Shown in pieces: positions 55,797 through 64,000 of a stretch of DNA of 64,000 nucleotides (the first letter of the stretch is position 1; every line of letters starts with the position of its first letter). The notes below the pieces were generated by a model. The model was not told where the DNA came from. It saw only the letters and a program-made list of their open reading frames with translations, and did not search any database. Made by a program: the position numbers and the translations under genes. Where the stretch lies: positions 9,052,001-9,116,000 of the forward strand of contig JBHGNT010000004.1 in assembly GCA_043228905.1 (NCBI GenBank). Direction: 5' to 3'. This DNA is from Azolla caroliniana (taxonomy: Eukaryota > Plantae > Polypodiophyta).

Positions 55797-57586
55797 AAAC
55801 CTTCCCATTACGGTAGAGTAAACCGTTAGCAATGTGGAAGCATTCCTTTGAGGATGTGGTGGTGTCTGTTCCAGACTCAACTCTTGCCCAGTATTTTGCA
55901 AAATAACTGTCATCAGGATACTTTCCTCGAAGGTGATCATAAGGATCTGATGTTATTTCAGTGAAGCTAAGCATGTTAACTTCACGGATGCGACTTAGTG
56001 CATCAGCGATAGTGTTCATGGAACCTTTACGATATCGTATGGAAAAATCAAAGTCCTGGATGAGATCAGCCCATCGTGCCTTACGACCTTTCAGGTCTTG
56101 TTGGTCACAAAAATATTTCAAGGACTCGTGATCCGTAGTTACCACAAAGTGATTTCCATAAAGATAATGGCGCCATGTTTTGAGCGCATGTATAACTGCA
56201 AATAATTCCTTTTCTTGAACGGTATACCGACATTGAGCAGAATCAAGTTTCTTACTCTCGAATGCTATTGGTTTACCATCTTGATACAAGACAACACCTA
56301 TAGCATAATCGCTTGCATCGGTTTCAACCTCAAAAGGTTTTGAAGGATCAGGTAAAAGAAGTGAAGGAGCCTTGCAAACCAGGTCCTTGAGTTCCTTAAA
56401 GGCGAGGTCTAGTGTAGCATTCCACACAATAGGTTTTGTAGACTTACGCGTTTGACCTTTTAAAAGATCAGTAAACGGCGTCGTCAATTGGGAGTAATTA
56501 CGAAGAGACTTTCGCAAAAACCCGACAAAACCAAGGAATGATCGAACTTCTCGAATATTCCGAAGAGTGGGCCGAAGCTTGATTTTCTCAATGCGAGAAG
56601 GATCAATTTCAACTCCTCGTTCGGTTATGAGATGTCCTAGATAAGTAATTGATTTCTTGAAGAACTCACATTTTGAGATCTTTGCATAAAACTGTTTGTC
56701 ACGCAATGTTTGTAAAACAAAGCGGACATGTCTAGCATGTTCTTGTAATGTACGGCTATAAACTAAAATATCATCCAAGAAAATAACAACAAATTTTCCA
56801 AGTTGTTCTCGGAAAATGTCATTCATTTCTTGTTGAAAAGTAGCCGGAGCATTGGTCAAACCAAAAGGCATAACCAAAAACTCGTAATGGCCATAGCGCG
56901 TACAAAATGCCATTTTAGGAACGTCGTCCTCACTTATTCGTATTTGATGGTAGCCAGTACGGAGATCAAGTTTCGTAAAATACCGAGCTCCTTGGAGACG
57001 GTCAATTAGATCGTCAGCTCGGGGCAATGGGTACAAATTCTTGATCGTCACTTTATTCAAGCGTCGGTAATTAATACACATACGCCATGTGCCCTCTTTC
57101 TTTTTAACCAAGAGAACGGGTGCACCCCATGGAGATTTACTATAACGTATATAACCCATTCGTAAATAGTCCTTGAGTTGCTTAGATACCTCATCTTCTT
57201 CGGATCGACTTAAGCGATACGGAGGTATACTTATTGGTGCAACACCAGGTACAATATCTATACAATGGTCTATATTACGTTTAGGAGGTAACCCATCAGG
57301 TAGTTCACTTGGAAAAACATCATGAAAATCATTTAAGATTTCATCAAGTTGTTGTTGTTCAAAATATGTTAATTGAACCGGGACATTATCGATATTGTAA
57401 ATGTGAATGTCCGGATCAAGTACACAATAAAATAATGTAGAACAAGACAACTCGGATATTGATGGACACGAGGAAACAATCGAGAGGGATTGTTTTTTTA
57501 CACATTGAATAAAATGCGTACAATCGTTCAGTACAAAAGAAATGGAATGAAGAACCCAATCAATAAATAAAGAAGAGTTTTTAAAC
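55797..57586 (-). pseudogene. Gypsy pol: end of protease, RT, RNase H
   Basis: Open frame containing [26 protein letters not shown] and RNase H motifs (ORF 55612-57690). Confidence 0.9.
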
Positions 57587-57954
57587 ACGTTCGCGTTCAC
57601 AAGTGGAAGGATTGCGCATTCCACTTGTAGAATCTTCTTAAAACGAAGCAAATACACCCTCTCTACAAAAATTGGATGCACTAGTATCACATGTTCCTCA
57701 ACTTGATGAGAATTTGCAAATATAAAAATACATGATAGATCTACGAGTGGAGATCATTAGAAATCATGCAAGTTTAGACATGTTGATAAGTTAATGTAGG
57801 CATAATAAAGTTCAACTATGGCTCAATATGGCACTATTGTGCGACAAGGGAAACACTAACTTAAAGACTTATATTAATTAGGTAGGTTTTACAAAAATAT
57901 GAGGTGTACTTGTATCCATCTAATAAAATGAGATATAATTTATACTTTGACCCA

Positions 57955-58240
57955 TACGTGCATGTATGTAATTGTGGAAAATGTAGGATAGTGCACATTA
58001 GGATAAGTGATTGGAATAACTAACTTATTAAAGTATTCAATACTTGTATTTAAAGTTGATCTAATCTATTCCTTAGTTTGTTCATATGGGATCAAACCAT
58101 ATGTGTATATAATTGTGCACAATGTAAGGCAGTGAACTTTAGGATAATGTCGTGGAAATAACAAACCTATTAGGCTTTCATACCTGTATTTAAAATTGAT
58201 CTACTCTATTGCTTAGGTGATTCACACAAGATCAAACTCC
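57955..58240. repeat. Degenerate tandem duplication, ~140-bp unit
   Basis: TAATTGTG..AATGTA..TTAGGATAA..TGTATTTAAA.TTGATCTA.TCTATT.CTTAG..GATCAAAC occurs twice. Confidence 0.7.
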
Positions 58241-58630
58241 GAACGATAACGCAACTGGAACCATTATCAACACACTACACAATCTAAGCAGCAATGGAAT
58301 AGAAACATAATAGTTTTAACAATAGAAGACAAAGATCCATAATAACAACATGGACAGTCATGGCAACAATTATAGGGCCATGTTCTGTTAAGGTTAGCTT
58401 GGACCAAAATCAGCCTCCATTTAAACTAGTTCATGTTTCTCCATAAGTTTGGTAGTCAGCTATGCACGCGGTGAAACCAATGTCATAAATCTACTAATCA
58501 AGTATATAAAAATAAAATTGAAACATATAGAAGATTATAAAGAATAGAATCCACTACGTAAAACCCAAAATTTGTATTAATAATGTGAAATCTTAACAAA
58601 TCGTCAGTGTCATATTCTTTATAGAGTCTA

Positions 58631-58983
58631 TTACATAGCAATCAATTCATCAACGTCATTTTCTTCATCATCTTGTGTAGAACTGTCTTCGGCTATACGT
58701 GCATTGGTTTCCCCTGTTAGCCGAGCCAACGAAATATCTTCTATAAGCTCATCATCAAGCTCTATTAGCTCCCCCGGTTTGCCGGCTAACGGAGGAATAG
58801 GCTCTCGCGAAGCAGGTTGAAACCTTTCTGTATTGGCGAGGTTCTTTGCACCGACCTCCTCATCCTGGTCTGGGCACTCCCACAAAGCCTTAATCCGCAT
58901 ATTAATAAATATAACTTGGTCCTCGTCCTTCTCCAATGCAACTGTATTTCTAAACAGCTTCAATGCACATGCTAACGTAGTTC
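58631..58983 (-). CDS. Putative terminal exon of an unidentified spliced gene with an acidic C-terminus
   Basis: ~117 stop-free codons, more GC-rich than the flanks. Preceded by a pyrimidine-rich acceptor TCTTCTTGTTACTTACATCACAG (AG at 58985-58984). No family recognised. Confidence 0.45.
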
Positions 58984-59037
58984 CTGTGATGTAAGTAACA
59001 AGAAGATTTAGTTGTCAAACGAAAAAAAAGTGATTGG

Positions 59038-59659
59038 TGTTGAGAATTGACGCTTCTATTCACCTTCTTATCTCGGCCACAACCGATTAATCGCGGATCA
59101 ATGGAGCAGAAAATAGGAAACACACGTAGAAACAAAACGAAGAAACGCGAGTACACAAGGATTAACGTGGAAAACCCTAAACGGGGAAAAACCACGGGAG
59201 TACAAGACTCCAAACAACACTATACAGAGAAGTATACAATGACGAGCTCCAAGGCGACGACCTTGAGCTCGCTGTCCTCGCCACAGGCGACGGAAATACA
59301 CAGAGGCGTCTACCTCTTTCTCTCTCGCGCTCTCTCTCTTTCTCTCTCTCTCTCGGCTGCTCTCTCTTCACTCCTCTAAAGTGGAAAAACAGAAAAATGA
59401 GAAGCAACAGAAAAACTGTTTGCCCTAAGTCATATTTATACTTATATGACTTTGGGCTATTTACAACTATAGCCTCAGGGGGCTCGTAGCGAACATATTC
59501 ACGGATATGTCCCTGCATCCGGATCGCTCTCCGGGTACATTCGTCATCCGGCACCGAAGCCGGGGTCTTCGTCATCCGGATCCGAAACCGAAACCGGGCT
59601 TGTCGGCATTCATCTCCGATATCCGACCATCCCATCCGAAAGGGACCGAAATCCCAACA
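59038..59659 (-). repeat. 3' LTR of A4
   Basis: TG..CA ends, adjacent PPT, homologous to the A3 LTRs. Confidence 0.95.
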
Positions 59660-59669
59660 AACTCCCCCT

Positions 59670-62600
59670 TCACTTCGGCATGGGATGTCTTTCCAATCCG
59701 ATCCTCTTCCGGCATGCTTCCAGCTTGTCGGGTGTGAGCACCTTGGTCAGCATATCCGACCCGTTCTCGTCGGTGTGGATCTTAGTCAGCACGAACTCCT
59801 TGTCTTCTATCCTTTCCCGGATCCAGTGATATCTTCGCTGGATGTGCTTCGTCCGGGAGTGATAGGCCGCGTTCTTCGCAAGGTGGATGGCACTCTGACT
59901 GTCGCAGTAGAGTCGGTACTCCTCTTGCCGGATACCGAGCTCTCTAATGAAGTCCTTCATCCATATTATTTCCTTGCCGGCTTCAACAGCCGCCATGTAC
60001 TCCGCCTCCGTGGTTGACAACGCAACCGTCTTCTGCAGCCTCGACTGCCACGAAACAGCTCCCCCTGCATACGTCATCACATACCCTGATGTGGACCGGC
60101 TGGTATCTGCATCAGCCGACATATCCGAATCGGTGAAGCCGTCGAGTTCGGGCTTACCGGAGCCGAATCGGAGGCACACGTTTGCCGTGCCCTTCAGGTA
60201 TCGGAGTATCCACTTGGCCGCGTTCCAATGCTCTTTGCCGGGATTGCTCATGTACCGGCTCACCACTCCGACTGCATATCCGATGTCCGGTCTCGTACAC
60301 ACCATGGCGTACATCAAGCTCCCGACTGCTGAGGCATACGGCACTTTCATCATATCCTCCTTTTCAGCCTTTGTCTTGGGACTTTGCTTGCTGGACAGCT
60401 TGCAGTTTGCCGGGAGGGTCGATCCGACCGGTCTTGCTTCCGACATGTTGAACCGTTGAAGCACCTTTGTCACGTACTTCTCCTGTGACAGCCACAACTG
60501 CTTCTTCTTCCGGTCCCGGATGATGTGCATCCCTAGTATTTGCCTCGCCGGACCCAGGTCCTTCATTGAGAAGGTTCGGTGAAGAGCCTTCTTCAGCATC
60601 CGTATCTTGACCTGGTCCCGTCCGACGATCAACATGTCGTCCACGTACAGGAGGAGTATTAGGGAGTCTCCTCCTTCGAACTTCTTCACAAACACGTAGT
60701 GGTCGGACTGCGTTTTGAGGTACCCTTCGTCGGTCATGAAGGAGTCGAACTTCCGGTACCATTGCCGGGGAGCCTGCTTCAGTCCGTAAAGGCTCTTCTT
60801 CAACCGGCATACCAGGTGCTCCTTCCCTTTCTTCTCGAATCCTTCCAGTTGCTGCATGTAGATTTCTTCTTCGAGGTCACCGTGAAGGAATGCTGTCTTC
60901 ACGTCCATCTGTTCTACCTCGAGGTCCATGCTTGCCGCTATGCTCAGCACCGTCCGGATGGAGGTCATCTTCACTACCGGGGCAAATATCTCGTCGAAGT
61001 CGACGCCCTTCTTTTGCTGAAACCCCTTCACCACGATCCTGGCTTTGTATCTCGGGGGGTTTCCGGCATCTCCCGGTTTCAGCTTGAACACCCACTTGTT
61101 TCGAAGTGCCCGCTTTCCTTTCGGCAACTCCACAAGTTCATATGTGTGGTTCTCATGCAGGGAATCCATCTCGTCCTGCATGGCACTCAACCACCTGCGG
61201 CTCTGGGTGTCATGCTTTGCTTCTTCAAAGCTCTCCGGCTCCCCCTCGTCGGTTAGCAACACGTGCTCTGGTTCCGGAAATCTCCGGGGGGCCCTTCTCT
61301 CTCTTAGAGGATATCTCCGTTCGGGAGCTTCGGTAACCGGTTCTTCCGATTCTTCTTCTACATCCGAATCCATTTCGGGATCGGGGCCGGTTCCGGTATC
61401 ATTTTCATCTTCTTCGGCCGGTTCTGTTTCTTCACCGTCTTCGGCCGGATCCTCGAGTGTTACCCGGTCCCTTGCCGGTCGGGACTGCTCCTCGTAGAGT
61501 TGATCCTCACCGATCGACTTGGAGCTCTTCATCTTCTTCTCCGACTCCCAGTCGGCGAGTGTCTTGTCCTCCATGAAGATGATGTCTCGACTCCTGAATA
61601 TCTTCTTGTCGACCGGGTCCCATACTCGGTAGCCGAACTCGTCGTCGCCGTAACTGAGGAATATGCATGGCCGGGTCTTAGGATCTAGCTTTCCTCTCCG
61701 GTCCTTTGCCACATGCACGTATGCGAGACACCCGAACACCTTCAGATGCCGGTAGGACACTTCCTTACCGGTCCACACTCTCTGCGGCGTGTCTCCGTCC
61801 AAAGGAACTGAGGGTGATCTGTTTATCACATATGTCGCCGTCGACATTGCCTCAGCCCAAAACCCCTTGGGTAATTTCGCATGCGCCAGCATACTCCGGA
61901 CCCGCTCCATTATGGTCCGGTTCATCCTCTCGGCCAGCCCGTTCAGTTCCGGCGTCTTCGGCACAGTAAACTCGAGTCGGATTCCCTTCGAGCGACAGTA
62001 CTCCTGGAACTGCCCTCGGTATTCCCCTCCGTTATCCGCTCGTATCGCTTTCAGCTTCTTGCCGGATTCCCTTTCCACTCTCGCGTGGAGTTCTTTGAAG
62101 ACGGACAACACTTGGTCCTTTGTCTTCAACGGTGCCGTCCACAGCTTCCGGCTATGATCATCGATGAATGTTACGAAGTACTGGGCTCCGCCATGTGACT
62201 TCGTCTCTACCTGACACACGTCAGTGTGCACCAACTCCAATGGTGCGCTACGTCTCGTCGGTGGCCTTGAGTGGAAGGAGGTTCGGTTCTGCTTACCGGC
62301 CAGGCAATCGGTGCACTTCTCCAGGTGCACGTGCTTCACTGGGATGAGGTTGTCTTCTGCAAGCCTCTTCATCCCCTTCTCACTCATGTGGCACAGTCTT
62401 TTGTGCCACAGCTCACCGGCAGTGTCGGCTGCCACATTCAGCTCTTCCGGACATAACCGGGCATTCATCAGGTACAATGTGTTGACCTTCCGGGCCCGAA
62501 CCACTATCAAGCTCCCCTTGCTGAACTTCATGACACCGTTCCGGATGCTACCCGTGTAGCCTTCATCATCTAGCCTCCCGGCCGAAATCAGGTTCAATCG

Positions 62601-63746
62601 GACCTCCGGAACGTGTCGGACATCTTTCAGCAGCATTTTGCATCCGGTCGGGGTTGTCAACCACACGTCTCCTATGCCGGCAATCCGGCACGTACCTTCA
62701 TTTCCCATCCGAACACAGCCATGCTCGCCGGCTGTGTAGGATGAGAAGTATCTTCTCTCCGGGGTCAGGTGGAACGATGCTCCGGAATCGACCACCCAGG
62801 TCGTCTCATCGCCGGCAACGTTTAGCTCACCTTCTTCGGTGATGAGCATGATTTCTTCCTCACTTGCCGCGAGTGCCGTTGTTCCTTTCCGGTCCTGCCC
62901 TCGCCGATCCGGACCTCTCCGGTCCGTGGCTCCCCGGTATGCACCGTTTCTCTCCGGTGATTTCTTCGAATCGGTGTCGTCGGCTCCGTTGTCCTTTCGG
63001 TAATGCCGACAGTTCTTCCGGAAGTGCCCCGGCTTCCCACAGTGGAAGCATGTTGGCCTTCCTCTTGAATGCGACCGGGTCCCCGACTTCTCCCGTCTTT
63101 GCGGACTCCGGTTCCACTGTCTTCCCCGATCCGATTCGGTAAACAGCATCTTCGGGTCGGAGGCCGGTTCCTTATCTCTCCGACGCGCTTCTTCATTCAG
63201 AATACTTGTCTTTACCGTTTGTAGGGACAAGTTATCTTCGGTGCAGGAGGTGCTGAGAGTCACCACCAAGTTCTCCCAGCTGTCCGGCAATGTACACATC
63301 AGGATGATGGCTTGCATTGCATCCTCCAGCGGGAACTTGATCGCCGCAAGCTGATTCACGAATCCCATGAACGTGCTTACGTGTTCTACCATACTCTCGC
63401 CGTCCCGGTACTTGAGGTTCACTATCTTCCTCATCAGGGAGGTCCGGTTCAACGCATTCTTCCTCTCATAGAGGCCAGACAGCTTCTTCCACATCTCGTA
63501 TGCGTTGGTGTCGTTCGCCACATGTTGCAGGACGCTTACGTCGACATATTGTCGGATCGTCGCTACGGCTTTCCGGTTCAGGAGCTTCCACTCCGACTCA
63601 AGTACCCCCTTCGGTATTTCCGACCTGTCAATCGGTTCGTACAGGTCCCGAACAATCAGAAGATCCTCCATCTTGATCTTCCAGTCGGCGTAATTCTGTG
63701 CATTCAGCACCATCATCATCGGCTGCCCGCTGCCGCCGCCTTCCAT
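59670..63746 (-). CDS. Copia gag-pol polyprotein of A4, ~1358 aa
   Basis: Uninterrupted ORF almost identical in protein to 45387-49460. Confidence 0.96.
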   Translation of the reverse strand: MEGGGSGQPMMMVLNAQNYADWKIKMEDLLIVRDLYEPIDRSEIPKGVLESEWKLLNRKAVATIRQYVDVSVLQHVANDTNAYEMWKKLSGLYERKNALNRTSLMRKIVNLKYRDGESMVEHVSTFMGFVNQLAAIKFPLEDAMQAIILMCTLPDSWENLVVTLSTSCTEDNLSLQTVKTSILNEEARRRDKEPASDPKMLFTESDRGRQWNRSPQRREKSGTRSHSRGRPTCFHCGKPGHFRKNCRHYRKDNGADDTDSKKSPERNGAYRGATDRRGPDRRGQDRKGTTALAASEEEIMLITEEGELNVAGDETTWVVDSGASFHLTPERRYFSSYTAGEHGCVRMGNEGTCRIAGIGDVWLTTPTGCKMLLKDVRHVPEVRLNLISAGRLDDEGYTGSIRNGVMKFSKGSLIVVRARKVNTLYLMNARLCPEELNVAADTAGELWHKRLCHMSEKGMKRLAEDNLIPVKHVHLEKCTDCLAGKQNRTSFHSRPPTRRSAPLELVHTDVCQVETKSHGGAQYFVTFIDDHSRKLWTAPLKTKDQVLSVFKELHARVERESGKKLKAIRADNGGEYRGQFQEYCRSKGIRLEFTVPKTPELNGLAERMNRTIMERVRSMLAHAKLPKGFWAEAMSTATYVINRSPSVPLDGDTPQRVWTGKEVSYRHLKVFGCLAYVHVAKDRRGKLDPKTRPCIFLSYGDDEFGYRVWDPVDKKIFRSRDIIFMEDKTLADWESEKKMKSSKSIGEDQLYEEQSRPARDRVTLEDPAEDGEETEPAEEDENDTGTGPDPEMDSDVEEESEEPVTEAPERRYPLRERRAPRRFPEPEHVLLTDEGEPESFEEAKHDTQSRRWLSAMQDEMDSLHENHTYELVELPKGKRALRNKWVFKLKPGDAGNPPRYKARIVVKGFQQKKGVDFDEIFAPVVKMTSIRTVLSIAASMDLEVEQMDVKTAFLHGDLEEEIYMQQLEGFEKKGKEHLVCRLKKSLYGLKQAPRQWYRKFDSFMTDEGYLKTQSDHYVFVKKFEGGDSLILLLYVDDMLIVGRDQVKIRMLKKALHRTFSMKDLGPARQILGMHIIRDRKKKQLWLSQEKYVTKVLQRFNMSEARPVGSTLPANCKLSSKQSPKTKAEKEDMMKVPYASAVGSLMYAMVCTRPDIGYAVGVVSRYMSNPGKEHWNAAKWILRYLKGTANVCLRFGSGKPELDGFTDSDMSADADTSRSTSGYVMTYAGGAVSWQSRLQKTVALSTTEAEYMAAVEAGKEIIWMKDFIRELGIRQEEYRLYCDSQSAIHLAKNAAYHSRTKHIQRRYHWIRERIEDKEFVLTKIHTDENGSDMLTKVLTPDKLEACRKRIGLERHPMPK

Positions 63747-63775
63747 TTTCTGCAACAGTCGCTCTCATACCAGTT

Positions 63776-64000
63776 TGTTGAGAATTGACGCTTCTATTCA
63801 CCTTCTTATCTCGGCCACAACCGATTAATCGCGGATCAATGGAGCAGAAAATAGGAAACACACGTAGAAACAAAACGAAGAAACGCGAGTACACAAGGAT
63901 TAACGTGGAAAACCCTAAACGGGGAAAAACCACGGGAGTACAAGACTCCAAACAACACTATACAGAGAAGTATACAATGACAAGCTCCAAGGCGACGACC
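63776..64000 (-). repeat. Partial 5' LTR of A4
   Basis: Repeat of 59038 onward; adjacent to the PBS. Confidence 0.93.

Larger units (their letters stand above)
43292..57586 (-). mobile_element. Ty3/gypsy chromovirus (RT-RNase H-IN-chromodomain, 3' LTR 43767-43292), split by A3 and I; 5' part not seen
   Basis: Segments 57586-55797 ([56 protein letters not shown]), 50442-50105 (HHCC zinc finger, ISMDFI) and 44762-43754 (IVSDR, HPQSDGQTE, GPF, chromodomain). PPT AAGAGGGGGAGTA, then TGTTACG at 43767. Confidence 0.9.
59038..64000 (-). mobile_element. Ty1/copia element A4 (sister of A3); 5' LTR runs off the window
   Basis: 3' LTR 59038-59659; 5' LTR 63776 to >64000, near-identical over the visible part. 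PBS variant TGGTATGAGAGC at 63772-63761. Intact ORF. Confidence 0.95.

Overview
Eukaryotic land-plant genomic DNA (the long AT-rich introns and element families would fit a fern-like large genome, but that is only an inference). Two clusters of nested LTR retrotransposons (1-26.5 kb and 43.3-64 kb) flank a ~17 kb gene island. The island holds two convergent spliced genes: a 13-exon UBP26/USP48-type ubiquitin-specific protease (+, 27520-37882) and a 3-exon thylakoid TatA/Tha4 (-, 41083-39662). Left cluster: degenerate Ty1/copia elements of several families (labelled A-E here), nested up to four deep, plus three solo LTRs and an old LINE remnant; most boundaries are confirmed by target-site duplications (TSDs). 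Right cluster: a decayed chromodomain Ty3/gypsy element interrupted by two young intact copia elements with near-identical LTRs, and by an unidentified AT-rich insert that carries an orphan exon and a third intact copia ORF. Most notable observations: (i) three distinct copia families share a 10-11 bp stem that loops out the polypurine tract (PPT)/U3 junction; (ii) the same families extend the polyprotein past RNase H with a variable basic tail ending ELEG(A/E)C* inside the LTR, and in element E this tail is ~238 stop-free codons once a nested insertion is removed; (iii) the unexplained hairpin-ended insert at ~57586. All alignments and identity estimates were made by eye.
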